64,000 nucleotides of DNA from a virus (taxonomy: Duplodnaviria > Caudoviricetes), in IMG/VR virus record IMGVR_UViG_3300028649_000004, positions 1 to 64,000 of that record. One strand, given 5' to 3'. Positions 10,849-22,485 of this stretch are shown here, one piece after another. The notes beneath the pieces are model-generated. The model saw nothing but the letters and a program-made list of their open reading frames with translations, had not been told where the DNA came from and made no database searches. A program made the position numbers and the translations under genes. Numbering within the stretch: position 1 is the first letter of the stretch; the number at the start of each line of letters is the position of its first letter.

Positions 10849-10935
10849 TTTCTTTCTTATATTAATTTGTTCACAATCTATATCAATTTAATTTATTTTC
10901 AAATTTAAGGGAAGCCGAAACTCCCCATGGTCATA

Positions 10936-11361
10936 TTAAGCATTCATATTAAAGAACGCATACATTAAACACTCATATTCATAGTTCTCACTATTAATTT
11001 TATTATCTCTTATATAATCTACTACCACTTCATTACCTTTTTTAAAGAATCTGTCATATATTTCTATACCTTGTCCAACTAACCAGCTTGCAAAATCTAA
11101 ATATACTGCATCTTTTGACTCTTGAATAAATCCACCATTTACTTTAAATAGTTCTTTAAATTCTTTACTACCAATATACTCATTAACTACACAATTAAAT
11201 TCTTGTAATAACATTTCAATATCATCTATTGAATAATTTTTCTTTAAGATAGTATGTAGATTATCGAATTGCTTTTGTGAATTAAAATTAGTACCTTTTT
11301 TTGATTCTTCTATGACCCTCCATAATTCTTTCCTAAAACATTTATCTAATGTCATAATCAT
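10936..11361 (-). CDS. DUF4240-like protein
   Basis: LWRVIEES and DFASWLVGQGIEIYD motifs. Confidence 0.55.
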   Translation of the reverse strand: MIMTLDKCFRKELWRVIEESKKGTNFNSQKQFDNLHTILKKNYSIDDIEMLLQEFNCVVNEYIGSKEFKELFKVNGGFIQESKDAVYLDFASWLVGQGIEIYDRFFKKGNEVVVDYIRDNKINSENYEYECLMYAFFNMNA

Positions 11362-11367
11362 TCTCCT

Positions 11368-12408
11368 TTATATTTCTATATTTTTAGCTACTATAATTCT
11401 AGTAATAAACCCTTTTAATTTATTTTTTGTATCATTTATTATATTTTCATAACCACTGTTTCTTATGTGTCTAAAATCGTAATTTGATTCATTGTTGTTA
11501 TTTTTTAAAATAATTTTTAATTCTAAATATCCTTCGTTATCATAGCTTATTTCGACTGGTTTATGATAATCTTTAAATAGATATTCTATGTTATCAAGAT
11601 TATCTAGTATAACCGAATTATATTCTTCTACTGCTTTATTTATTATTTGTTTCTCTTTTAATATTTCACTTTTAAAATCAATTTTATTAATATTATGTTG
11701 AATATCTTCATTATTTATGTTGCAAGATTCTTCTATGAATTTCCCTGCTCTTAATCCTCTTATTGGTTTATCTTCTACATTCTTAAATTCATCTAATGAT
11801 TTCCATTCTTTTTCTAGAATATTATAGTCATTACAGACATCAATATCTTTCATAAAAGCCAATGGTGAAAGTTCATTTTTTAATCCTTCTATTCTTTCTC
11901 TTGTAAACAATCCACGTTCTAAATGTACTAATCCTACTGCATAATAACTTATATCTCCTCTATTATTAAATAGATTCATTATAGGATAATTGATAGTAAA
12001 TACAGATATATACTTTTTAGCCTTAATGTCTAATTGTGGTAATCCATTATCAAACAATGCCATATCTATTTCTACATCTTCGTCTGTTACAAAATTCTTA
12101 TTGTACACTGTTACTGTTTCACCAGTTATGAACTTTATAAATAATTCATCTGGACTAAAATTGTAATCTTTAATAGTTCTCCATATAGTTTCATCTGAAT
12201 GGAATATTTCTTCAAAATTTTCTTTTAGAACATTTAATTGTTTTGCATAATCACTTATGTATAAAACTGTTTTAGGCTTTTCATATATTACTTTATTAGC
12301 TAATATAAAAGTTTTACTACCTCCACGACTTGTATTAACCATAATAATTTTTGATTTATCCTTTATGATGTCAGCTTGCCATTCTTTTAATACTAATTCT
12401 TTTTTCAT
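11368..12408 (-). CDS. Degenerate terminase-ATPase-like protein
   Basis: LKEWQ Q-motif, VNTSRGGSKT Walker A-like, IRGLRA motif. Confidence 0.55.
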   Translation of the reverse strand: MKKELVLKEWQADIIKDKSKIIMVNTSRGGSKTFILANKVIYEKPKTVLYISDYAKQLNVLKENFEEIFHSDETIWRTIKDYNFSPDELFIKFITGETVTVYNKNFVTDEDVEIDMALFDNGLPQLDIKAKKYISVFTINYPIMNLFNNRGDISYYAVGLVHLERGLFTRERIEGLKNELSPLAFMKDIDVCNDYNILEKEWKSLDEFKNVEDKPIRGLRAGKFIEESCNINNEDIQHNINKIDFKSEILKEKQIINKAVEEYNSVILDNLDNIEYLFKDYHKPVEISYDNEGYLELKIILKNNNNESNYDFRHIRNSGYENIINDTKNKLKGFITRIIVAKNIEI

Positions 12409-12447
12409 GTTATTATCTCTCCTTTTTATTTGTTCTATTAATTTATT

Positions 12448-13731
12448 TTATAATTTGTAACCTAATTTATATAATGTATAAAAAACACATATAATCCAAT
12501 ACTTATCTATATCTTTATCTTTCATATCAAATCTACTAGAACTACCCTCAGTATTTGTCTTTATTACTAGGTTGTCCAATTGCTTCTTTAATCTAATAAA
12601 CCCAGTATGATATTCATTTCCTCCTATATTTACATCTGATAGATTATATATTTTATTTTTATCATTGAATAATTCTAAATTATATATATTACATTTGTTT
12701 AAATCTTTTAAATCCAATTCTATAATATCTTCAAATCCTTCAGCTTTTATAAAATCTATTAAATTTTGTCCAAATACAACATTAGGAATTATTATCTTTC
12801 CATTTTTGTATGGTTTAATTTCATTTATTAGCTTTTTTGCAATTTTAGTGAAATCTCTTTCATAAAAATCAATAAATTTGTCTATCTTTAATTTATTTTC
12901 ATATTGATGAAATAATATAGCCTTATTCTCGCCTTGTCTATCTAAATCTATAGTAAGATAATATTTACTATTTTCTAAGTCCTCATAGTCAGCAAATTGA
13001 AGTTTATCTAAAATACCTCTAGCAGTATCTACTACATTATGATTAACTTTGGCTAATTGTAATTCATTATCTCTAAGACAACTATCTACTTGATTCTCAA
13101 AACTATGTAGTGTTCTTTCAATATCACATCTTATAACATTTCTTTCTTTTTGAGTTAAATAGATATTATTTTCATTAGTTTTATCAAATTTACTCAAAAC
13201 TTCTTTCACTTGTATCTTGTCTATGTCACAAACTTCATCAATAATATTTGCTTTGGCTCTTAGTCCTCTTGTTACTTTAATGAATTGCATAGGTAAGAAT
13301 AGATAATCATTTAATTCAACTAGTTCTTCATTAGCAAAATCTACTGTTACATGTTTTGCTAGTTCACCCTTAATTCTATTTTTAAATCCTGTTATGATAG
13401 CGAATTCATCTTGACAGCTTCTTAGCATTTTAATATCTTCATCTTCAGCTCCATCAACATTTAGTATGTATTTAAATTGAACTCTATCACCTACCTTTAA
13501 TCCATTTGTATATCCTGACAACCACAATTTTCCTAATTCGTCACTATTTTTAGGAAAGTCTTTTTCAGAGTGATAGAGATTTCTGTTTTTTACAATATCA
13601 TTTACTACACTTATTATTGTATTTAATTGTGCATTATCATTTAGTTTACATTGATGTTTTAGTCTGTTTTTAATTAATTCCTCTGACCATTTTGTTAATT
13701 TAAATTCTTCACACATTTTACATTTCTCCTT
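12448..13731 (-). CDS. Mosaic protein with terminase-like Walker B and nuclease-like C-terminal domain
   Basis: TRGLRAKANIIDE, YYLTIDLDR; C-terminus paralogous to 43874-44632. Confidence 0.5.
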   Translation of the reverse strand, partial: KEKCKMCEEFKLTKWSEELIKNRLKHQCKLNDNAQLNTIISVVNDIVKNRNLYHSEKDFPKNSDELGKLWLSGYTNGLKVGDRVQFKYILNVDGAEDEDIKMLRSCQDEFAIITGFKNRIKGELAKHVTVDFANEELVELNDYLFLPMQFIKVTRGLRAKANIIDEVCDIDKIQVKEVLSKFDKTNENNIYLTQKERNVIRCDIERTLHSFENQVDSCLRDNELQLAKVNHNVVDTARGILDKLQFADYEDLENSKYYLTIDLDRQGENKAILFHQYENKLKIDKFIDFYERDFTKIAKKLINEIKPYKNGKIIIPNVVFGQNLIDFIKAEGFEDIIELDLKDLNKCNIYNLELFNDKNKIYNLSDVNIGGNEYHTGFIRLKKQLDNLVIKTNTEGSSSRFDMKDKDIDKYWIICVFYTLYKLGYKL

Positions 13732-15616
13732 CATTATTTTCTTCCATTTCAATAAAAATACTAGCGTTCCAATCTATAGGCTTAAAATCATTATGCAATT
13801 CTTTAACCTTTCTTAATATTACATTAGTTGTGATATACTGCATTTCATTTTCTTCAATAGATTCAATCGCTTCCTTAACAATAGCCTTCCATTCATCAAA
13901 GGAATACTCTTTTTCTGATTTAAGTCCATCTCTTTGAATATCTTTTCTAGCCTCTTGACCTGTTATTCTAAAATCCAAACTATAATTATACATTTTTATT
14001 TCTCCTTTTCTATTAATTTGTTTAATTGGTTGGTATATGATTAGTTTACTACCATAATTTATATATGTCAACACTTATTTATATTAATTTATCAACTTCC
14101 AATAAAAGACATCTTTTATGTGGTTATGTATAGGTTACAACCTAGTTATAGCCTTATTATTACTTTTCATTTTTAAGCTTTAGCAGATGTTCCAAACACT
14201 CTTGTTCAGTAATTAATTTAATATCATCAACTTCTTCAGGTAAATAAGGTGAACATTGAAAATTTTCAATCTCGTACAATACATTATCTATTATCATAGG
14301 TAATACCCACTTATTAATATATTCCTGTTCATCTGCATCATCTTCTAGTAATCCTTCAATATATTCTTTTGCAAACTCTTCAACTGGTTTATCAACTTCT
14401 GTAATTTTGTATAATTCACAAGGAGACTCTAAGAACCAATCTCTACCCTCATAATCATGCCTAGAAAACCAAGTTGCTTCAGTTTTATCATTATAGGTTA
14501 CTAAAGCATATGTACCAATTTCTAAATTACTATCTATCAAAAACGTTTCTACATTAATCACAATTTTTACCTCCATTAATAAAATCATTTAACTTATTTT
14601 TTAATTCATTGTACTTAGTACAATCGTTAGAATTATAAAACACATAAATATCTATTAGTTCAAGAAACAATTCATTATGTTTTTGTTTTACTTCTCTATC
14701 ACGAACACCTTCTTCACATTTTGAACAGTCATCATTACATTCACTACAATCAGGAGCATCTTGCCAATAACCTAACCTTGGTAAATACCACAATAATAAT
14801 TCTCTAAATGAAATATTTTTACATTCATCTCTACTATAGAATTCAACCTTACCATTTTCTAAAGTATCTTCATCAAGAAAATTACACTGTTTCCAATACA
14901 CATCACAATCTAAATAACTAACAATTTCTTTTAATCTTTCTTTCATTAACTTTTCCTCCTTTAATATTTCAATAAAATACATATATTAAAAGTCAAACAT
15001 TTATAATGTTACTTTGTCTAACATATTAATTTCAATGATTTCATAATCTCTGTAGCCATAATTATTTAATATATACTCTCTAATTGCATCATCATCATCT
15101 GCTCCGTTAGGTCTGTCTTTTTGTTCTACTTTAATTCTTATAGTATCTACATCTTCATTTTCATTAAATACTATACAATAATCACGATATACTTTATTTT
15201 CGTATGTATTATCACTCATAATTTCCTTAATCAATAAATCCAATTTTTCTTCATCGTCAGTGTTTAATTTATATTTTTGAGTTATATCGTCTAGACTCTT
15301 TTGACATTCTTGTTTTATATGTTCAAATAACTCATCTATATTATCAAATTCCATAACATTACACCTCACAATTTAATAAATTAATAATTTCTAATACTTT
15401 AGTTCTTGCAGACTTTTCGGTTAGTTTAATATGAAAATCATATTCTCTATCTTCTAAAACACACAAAGCTTCAATCCAACCTAGTCCACCACGTTCTGTT
15501 AACCTTTTTAATGTTTGACTATGATTTCTAATTGCTTGTTTTTCATGTAGTTTTATTATATCTAATGGTATATACTCTTTCGGTTTTGAACCGAGTATTG
15601 GAAATTTATTATCCAT
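13718..15616 (-). CDS. Run of five small hypothetical phage genes (13718-13993, 14160-14588, 14554-14946, 15001-15369, 15359-15616)
   Basis: Acidic small ORFs with RBSs, abutting or overlapping. Confidence 0.65.
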
Positions 15617-15685
15617 CTTACTTCACCCTTTCTAATATATCTCGTGTACAAGGTATTTAAAGCCACTTGTCATGGCAGTTTATAC

Positions 15686-15714
15686 ATAGACTACATATAA
15701 ACAATGTAGTCTAT
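15686..15714. repeat. Perfect 11-bp inverted repeat at the end of tnpC
   Basis: ATAGACTACAT-N7-ATGTAGTCTAT. Confidence 0.8.
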
Positions 15715-16112
15715 AACTTTTCATATAATTTCCCTCTAAGAACTTCTAATTGTTCTTTGAGCTTTCTATTTTCTTCTTGCAATTCTTTAATCTTTTTATC
15801 CTTAGCCATTATAATAATATTTTTCGATTTATCAGTTTTATCATATTTAAGTCTTTGCTTTATAACTTTTTCAGTTTGTTTATCTCTAAGTTCTTCAATT
15901 CTTTTCTTAATTTCAGCATTATTGTACATAAAAGTTTTAGATACACCACTTAGATTACAAACACTATTAAAGTTAATTTTCTGTTCGCCAAGCGACAGCT
16001 CTCGGATGGCTTTATCTACTTTTTCTAATGTTATTTTACTTTTATTTTTAGCATACTCATTTAAACCTTTTGTGCTTCCAACCATCTTAAGATTCCTCCC
16101 TTGACTTACCAT
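15711..16112 (-). CDS. tnpC: Tn554 TnpC-like protein (DUF6262-like)
   Basis: INFNSVCNLSGVSKTFMY HTH plus C-terminal coiled coil, overlapping the recombinase gene. Confidence 0.75.
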   Translation of the reverse strand: MVSQGRNLKMVGSTKGLNEYAKNKSKITLEKVDKAIRELSLGEQKINFNSVCNLSGVSKTFMYNNAEIKKRIEELRDKQTEKVIKQRLKYDKTDKSKNIIIMAKDKKIKELQEENRKLKEQLEVLRGKLYEKL

Positions 16113-17745
16113 TCTTGTGAACTAATTTATATTGTCTAACTTTTTCTAATGTCTTTTCTAACATATCTAAATATTGTTGATTCTTTTCAGCCCAAAGTTC
16201 TCTACCAAACTTATTACTAGTTTCTATTTGGGTTTTAACCTTGTCTATTTCTTCTTCATATTCGGGAATATTTTCAGTTGTAGTACAGAAACTTGCACAA
16301 GTTAAGCAATGATTCATTTGTTGCTTACAAGGTAATTTGGAAGGCTTAAAACATACTCCAAAAGGAACTCTAACTGCATCTAAATTCTTTTTAACATATT
16401 CATATCTAATCAAATTCTCGCCAGTATCAGAAGTTAAATCTATCTTTTCAAGGTCGTTAGTTTTGGTATCAACTTTGAAAAGTTCTAAGTCCTCAGTATC
16501 CTTCCATTTTTCGTAAAGAATATTTTCACTAACAGTCGCATAATGAACTGTCATTTGAAGGCTTCTATGACCTAAAATTTGTTGTATAATACTAATCCCA
16601 ATACCTTGTTCAACATATTCTTTAGCTCTTGTATGACGTAATGAATGAAGTTTAAAATGATATAACTCTCCATTAGCATTTCTAATATCTTTTTGTTCAA
16701 TTAGTCTTTTAATACAATCTACAAAAGTTCTTTTATTTATTGGAGTTCCTCTTAATTTTCCTTCATAAATATTAAATAAATACTTATTAGGATTATTTAC
16801 TTCTGTACTTAATTCCTTAGCTTTATCAATAGACCTTTGAACCATTTCAGCAATTTTGTCTCTTATTGGAATTTTAAGTTGTGCTATTCCTGTCTTAGTT
16901 ATTTCACCACTTATTTTTATAAATACATGATTAGTTTCAACTTCTTCTGTATGATATTCAGCTATATATTCCATAAACATATCAGCCAAATTTTGATATA
17001 TATCAATTCTTCTTGGACTTGATACTGTTTTTATTTCAGCATTATTCTCAAGCTCACCACGGTCTTTAAGGTCAATTATCATATTACTAATATCAAAGTC
17101 TTCAATCCATAATGACAAGGCTTCGCCGATGCGTATGCCAGTTTCATAAAGCAAGTTTAATAAAAATTTATCTCTAAAATTATTACAAGTGTTTATGAGT
17201 ATTGTTATTTCTTCCTTAGTTAATGTTTTAGGTTTAGACTTTGGAACTTTAAGCCTTAATATATTGCTTGTAACTTTCTTTTGTTCATGAGCAATTCCAT
17301 ATAAGAATCCTTTAAAATTTCTACTTGGAGTAGATACAAACTTTTTAAGTCTCTCTGAAATATTATTGCTATATTCCTCATGTCTTAAAATATAATCATA
17401 GAAAGCTAAAACTGTATTTACCACGATATTTATGGTTCTTGGACTTCTTGCTGAATCTACTTTATTAGTTGGTATTACCTTTAAACTCTTATAAGGATTT
17501 TGTAACCAATTAACAAACAAAGCTAAATCATCAATAGTTACCTTTTGAAAGTCTAAATCTCTTTGTTCTAAATACTCAAAGTATAACTTCAAATGTTGAC
17601 AATACATTCTCAAAGTATTTCTTGCGAAATTAGTATTATCTTTAAATCTTATAAACTTCAATATTGATTCTATGGGTAGCCCATCATCGTCTGCTACAAA
17701 ATATCTCTCTTTATCATCTTCTGTTCTTACCTTTACTACTTCCAT
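16087..17745 (-). CDS. Chimeric tyrosine recombinase: TnpA-like N-half fused to TnpB-like C-half
   Basis: TnpA-type ARNTLRMYCQHLKLY and TGIRIGE; TnpB-type HSLRH, LGH, HYA and Cys-rich CFKP..C...HCLTCASFCT tail. Confidence 0.8.
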   Translation of the reverse strand: MEVVKVRTEDDKERYFVADDDGLPIESILKFIRFKDNTNFARNTLRMYCQHLKLYFEYLEQRDLDFQKVTIDDLALFVNWLQNPYKSLKVIPTNKVDSARSPRTINIVVNTVLAFYDYILRHEEYSNNISERLKKFVSTPSRNFKGFLYGIAHEQKKVTSNILRLKVPKSKPKTLTKEEITILINTCNNFRDKFLLNLLYETGIRIGEALSLWIEDFDISNMIIDLKDRGELENNAEIKTVSSPRRIDIYQNLADMFMEYIAEYHTEEVETNHVFIKISGEITKTGIAQLKIPIRDKIAEMVQRSIDKAKELSTEVNNPNKYLFNIYEGKLRGTPINKRTFVDCIKRLIEQKDIRNANGELYHFKLHSLRHTRAKEYVEQGIGISIIQQILGHRSLQMTVHYATVSENILYEKWKDTEDLELFKVDTKTNDLEKIDLTSDTGENLIRYEYVKKNLDAVRVPFGVCFKPSKLPCKQQMNHCLTCASFCTTTENIPEYEEEIDKVKTQIETSNKFGRELWAEKNQQYLDMLEKTLEKVRQYKLVHKNGKSREES

Positions 17746-17912
17746 ATTTCCATATACACTCCTATACTTCGATTAATATCTACATATAGTTTGCTATAAT
17801 TACTATAAAATATACAACAATATATCAAGTTATTATAGTTTTATTCTTATAGTAAAGTGTTATATAAAATACTATAAATACTACTTAGTTATCTACACTA
17901 TATTCTCTAATT

Positions 17913-18305
17913 TTAATTATTCCATAATTCATATGGAATAGAGTCATCAATATCTATAAAAGCTATTTCTTTTTCTTCTTCATCTATAAACACTGCATAT
18001 TTATCTACAAGCTTAGTGGACATACCATGTTCTTTATTCCATTCTATTTCTGCTACTTGATTATATGGTTTAATAGTATCTTCATCAATAATAACTTTAC
18101 TAAATCCTAAATCAGTTGCTCCTCCACAAATACCTCTACTACCATATGTATTTTTAATCAAATAGTAAGTCCATTGATCTTCCATTGTATACCAAGGTTT
18201 TTCAACTGCAACATATCCTATTTCTAATTCACCAGTTTCTATATTTCTAGCTATATATTGAAAATCTTGTTGTTTATTTTCTTTGTCAAATATTAATACA
18301 TTCAT
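17913..18305 (-). CDS. Hypothetical protein
   Basis: ORF with GAGGAG RBS. Confidence 0.65.
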   Translation of the reverse strand: MNVLIFDKENKQQDFQYIARNIETGELEIGYVAVEKPWYTMEDQWTYYLIKNTYGSRGICGGATDLGFSKVIIDEDTIKPYNQVAEIEWNKEHGMSTKLVDKYAVFIDEEEKEIAFIDIDDSIPYELWNN

Positions 18306-18418
18306 TTTTATTTTTCTCCTCTATCATTTTATATAATTTATCAATTTCCAAATAAAATACATTTTTTAATTGGAAATTCAATTGCTACAACCCAGTCATA
18401 GACTCATTCTTGTTTTTA

Positions 18419-19372
18419 CTAAAATTTATATTGTTTCAATATATCTACTATAGCATCAGCAGTCCAACCATTGCCAATAGCTTTTATTCTAGCTTTATCA
18501 CTTAATCCATATGTATATCCATCTGGTAATGTCTGAAGTCGTTCTAACTCGGTAATAGTAAACTTTCTGACTATGCCATCATAATAAACACATATATCAC
18601 AACTACAATCTAAGGTGTTTGATTTGTCTTTTATAACTCGTCCACGTCTTGTCTTACTTGTTGGGAACTGAAGATTAACTCCATCTCCATTCTCTGCCAC
18701 AATATACCCTTGCTTAGTAGCTTGCCTTATTCTTACCTCACCATTAACAACATCTATTAAATTATAGCATTTCTCACTTATGTTAGGATCTATTAATAAT
18801 CCTTTATATTTTATGTAATTGCTTGTATCAACTTTTTCTAATATGTCTAATAATTTAATTCGTTTATCTTTTGGCGGTTCTATATATGTACTTGTCCAAT
18901 ATAAACGTGGTCGGTTTTGTGCTGAAATAAGTTTACTATTAATCAATGTATATTCACATTTTAAATAATCACTTATAACGTCCCTCCATTCTTTTTTCAT
19001 TTCAACATTTTCAAGTAGAAATTGCACATTAGGATTATTATATTTTCTAATTAAATCTAAAACTCTTACATAATCAAAAAATAATTTACTTCTAATATCT
19101 TCAAAATTTAAACATAACCCATTTTTTGAAAACCCCTGACAAGGTGAACCTCCAATAAGTAAATCAATCTTGGGTAAACTTTGTATTAATTCTTTATCTA
19201 TTTTAGTTATATCACCTAATCTAATTATATCGTCAAAGTTATTTTTACTAATATGTATTGCATTTTCATCAATCTCACTTGCATAATACTTATCCACATC
19301 AATTCCTGCTCTTTGGCATACTAATCTTCCTGTACTGTGTCCATCGAATAAACTTACTATATTTATTTCCAT
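18419..19372 (-). CDS. C5 cytosine DNA methyltransferase
   Basis: SLFDG, GGSPCQG, LLENV, QNRPRLYW, IGNGW. Confidence 0.92.
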   Translation of the reverse strand: MEINIVSLFDGHSTGRLVCQRAGIDVDKYYASEIDENAIHISKNNFDDIIRLGDITKIDKELIQSLPKIDLLIGGSPCQGFSKNGLCLNFEDIRSKLFFDYVRVLDLIRKYNNPNVQFLLENVEMKKEWRDVISDYLKCEYTLINSKLISAQNRPRLYWTSTYIEPPKDKRIKLLDILEKVDTSNYIKYKGLLIDPNISEKCYNLIDVVNGEVRIRQATKQGYIVAENGDGVNLQFPTSKTRRGRVIKDKSNTLDCSCDICVYYDGIVRKFTITELERLQTLPDGYTYGLSDKARIKAIGNGWTADAIVDILKQYKF

Positions 19373-19383
19373 ATATTTTCTCC

Positions 19384-20346
19384 TTAGTTGAAATTATTTT
19401 CTATGTATTCTTTTAATTTATCTGCAATTGCTTGTACTACGTTTAAACTCATAGCATTACCCATCATTCTATATGCTTGTGTGTCACTAATAACTATTCT
19501 ATATGTATCAGGTAATCCTTGAAGTTTTAAGCATTCTATAGGAGTTAACCTTCTAACATTAGTTTTGTTTACTGGTTTGTATTCTGTAGATATGTAATTA
19601 TCAGTATCAGCTCTATGCATCTTGTGCATTGTTGAAGTCAACGTTCTAGCTATAGGTAAATTAATCTCCATCTTGCCACTAATCCAACCTTTTGTTCCGG
19701 GACTCATTATACAATCATACATTTTTTGAGTTAAATAATATTTATCATCAACACTAGGTTCTAATAAATCTTGCATTGTTAATTTTAGTTCTACTGGCTT
19801 TGGAAATTCAAAATTAAATTCACCTAAGTCTTTTCTTTGACCTATTATATACCATCTTCTTCTTGAATGTGGAATTCCAAATTCTGATGTATTTATTAAT
19901 TGATATTTTATATTATAATTTTCTTGCATCATTTCTATAACTACCTTAAAATCTTCTCCATTATTACTACTAGATAAATTTCTAACATTTTCAAATATGA
20001 ACCAGCTAGGTAATTTTTCATTTAATATTCTCATGTAATCAAAGAACAAGCAACTTTCTTCACCTTTTAAACCCTTAACTTTGTTATCTTCCGACCATGT
20101 TTTAGACATCATAGAAACTTGAGTACAAGGTGATCCACCAATTAAAATATCAAAATTTGGCAATTCTTTTTCGTTAATTTTTGTAATATCTCCATAATTA
20201 ATTCTATTAGGGAAATTAGCTTTATAGTTTTTAATTGCAAACTTATCAAATTCAGAATATCCTATATTTTCACAACCTATATTATCTAACGCAATACCTC
20301 CAATTCCTGTTCCTGCAAATAATTCAAAATACTTTTTCTTTTCCAT
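19384..20346 (-). CDS. C5 cytosine DNA methyltransferase
   Basis: ELFAGTG, GGSPC, FENV, PHSRRR, MGNAM. Confidence 0.92.
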   Translation of the reverse strand: MEKKKYFELFAGTGIGGIALDNIGCENIGYSEFDKFAIKNYKANFPNRINYGDITKINEKELPNFDILIGGSPCTQVSMMSKTWSEDNKVKGLKGEESCLFFDYMRILNEKLPSWFIFENVRNLSSSNNGEDFKVVIEMMQENYNIKYQLINTSEFGIPHSRRRWYIIGQRKDLGEFNFEFPKPVELKLTMQDLLEPSVDDKYYLTQKMYDCIMSPGTKGWISGKMEINLPIARTLTSTMHKMHRADTDNYISTEYKPVNKTNVRRLTPIECLKLQGLPDTYRIVISDTQAYRMMGNAMSLNVVQAIADKLKEYIENNFN

Positions 20347-20374
20347 TCTTTTAACTTCCTTTCTTTTTATGTAT

Positions 20375-21277
20375 TTAATTTATTTTTAATTCTTTAATAA
20401 TATGTACAATTGTATCAATATTCCATCCGTTCCCTATGGCTTTATATCTATTACCACATGAAACCCCTTTTACATTTGTGTAATTGTCTGGTAATCCTTG
20501 TAGCCTTTCACACTCAATTTCTGTGAATCTTCTTAATCCGTAATCATCTTTAATTATATTTGGTGCTGATCTATCTCTTCTAAAGCAATGAGGAACTACA
20601 GTATTTGATTTACCATACTTTATACTCTTATTGTAGAAATCATATATAGGAGTTCCTTTTGACCATTTACATGAGACTTCTCTACAAACATCAGCATGTA
20701 ATAATTGATGCTCTTTGCAATAATGTCCTTCCTCAACCTTTTGCTTCTCTATAATATCATCTATGTATATTTCTTTATCATTTATATTTTGTATGTATTC
20801 TATGTTTGTCCAATAATAACGCTCTCTATTTTGTGCTGAAAATAAATTTGAATTTATAAGCTTACCTTTAATTCCTATGTAGTCATTAATTACCTCAATC
20901 CATTCTTGTTTCATTTTCACATTCTCTAATAAAAATTTAACATTGGGATTATTATTTTCTTTTATCCAATTCAAGATATTAATAAATTCAAAAAATAATT
21001 TACTTTGTTTATGTTCAAAATTCAATCCATTCCCTATTCTTGAAAATCCTTGACATGGACTTCCTGCTAATATTAAATCAATTTTGGGCAAGTTCCAATT
21101 TTTCCACTCAGTAACGTCTCCTAATTTATTTTTAACATCTTGTGGATAATTTTTATCAGCTATTAACATTGCATCTTTATCAATCTCACTTGAATAATAA
21201 TTATCTACTTCAATCTGTGCTTTTTCTAATACTACTCTTCCACAACTTATTCCATTAAACAAACTTAATACATTCAC
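20375..21277 (-). CDS. C5 cytosine DNA methyltransferase
   Basis: SLFNG, AGSPCQG, LLENV, QNRERYYW, IGNGW. Confidence 0.92.
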   Translation of the reverse strand: MNVLSLFNGISCGRVVLEKAQIEVDNYYSSEIDKDAMLIADKNYPQDVKNKLGDVTEWKNWNLPKIDLILAGSPCQGFSRIGNGLNFEHKQSKLFFEFINILNWIKENNNPNVKFLLENVKMKQEWIEVINDYIGIKGKLINSNLFSAQNRERYYWTNIEYIQNINDKEIYIDDIIEKQKVEEGHYCKEHQLLHADVCREVSCKWSKGTPIYDFYNKSIKYGKSNTVVPHCFRRDRSAPNIIKDDYGLRRFTEIECERLQGLPDNYTNVKGVSCGNRYKAIGNGWNIDTIVHIIKELKIN

Positions 21278-21391
21278 TTTTTCACTTCCTTTACATTATT
21301 CGTTTAATATAATTTATTAATAACCAAATAAAACTAATATTTTAATTGCTTGTACAAGTCTGTAAACCCAGTAATAGAGCCATTCTTAAAA

Positions 21392-21937
21392 TTATAGTTT
21401 ACTAAATATTACTCTTGTTATATCATCTTTATCAGCAACCTTTGGATAGAATTCTTTTAATACACTTTTTAATTCATTTAATGATTTGAATCCATCTTGT
21501 ATAGCATCTTTCTCGGTTAATTCTTCAAACGTTTTATATTCTATATTCTCAATTTTAACCATCGTTGTTTTATCTGATTTATCTGAATAAAATTCACAAT
21601 CTCCACATTGATAATTACGTTTTTTATATCTAATTGTGCTTGTTTTAATTCCTTTTTCTATAAGTTCAAAAAATTCATCAGCTAATGCTATTCTTTCTAC
21701 TTTCTTTTCCTCCTCAATTTCGTCTTCTATAACTCTAATATCTTCATTTTCTATTTTAATTTCACTAGGTTTAATACCTATCGTATCAGCTAAGTCATTA
21801 ATCATTTCTTCTCTATCTACGTCAGTAACAAAAGGCTGTCCATTTTTAATAGCGGTTAAGGCTTCTTCTGTTAAATCATCTTCTTCTAGTTCCAATACTG
21901 CATCTATTACATAATCCAATCTATATTTTATCTTCAT
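21392..21937 (-). CDS. ASCH domain protein with acidic N-terminal domain
   Basis: ELIEKGIKTSTIR and ELTEKDAIQDGF ASCH signatures. Confidence 0.8.
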   Translation of the reverse strand: MKIKYRLDYVIDAVLELEEDDLTEEALTAIKNGQPFVTDVDREEMINDLADTIGIKPSEIKIENEDIRVIEDEIEEEKKVERIALADEFFELIEKGIKTSTIRYKKRNYQCGDCEFYSDKSDKTTMVKIENIEYKTFEELTEKDAIQDGFKSLNELKSVLKEFYPKVADKDDITRVIFSKL

Positions 21938-22485
21938 TATTCATCTCTCCTTTTATTATTTTTAACTCTACAATATATTTCAAACCATACCATTCCACCC
22001 ATAACGAAACCTATGAACCAAGCTAATAAATATTCCCACATATAAATAATTCACTTCCTTACTTTTCTACAATTCTAAATTCATCATCTGAAATATAGAT
22101 ACAATATAATGAGACAAATATATTTTCATCTTTATCAATCATTGTAATAGATATTTCATAGTTATATTCATTCTTCTCTTTTATATAATTAACTTCTGAT
22201 AATTTAAATCCATCTTTAGACAACTATGTATTTAACATTTCTTCTATTAATTTTTCTTTACGCATAGTTCATCTCCTATATTTTATTTACTGTTTAAATA
22301 TTTTACTAAATCCTCAATTTTTTGAATCATATCTTCCATATCTATATCATATTCAATATGTAATATTTCTTCTTTATCATGATAACTATCTGTAACACTT
22401 ATATAATCTTCAAAATCTACTTTAAATCTATCTTGTTTACCCATTTTTCACTTCACTCCTTCTAACTCTTAATGAAATATTCCTT

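Larger units (their letters stand above)
15644..17898 (-). mobile_element. Tn554-family transposon with tnpA-tnpB fusion and tnpC; ends approximate
   Basis: Gene content; short GTGTA...TACAC terminal inversion. Confidence 0.65.
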
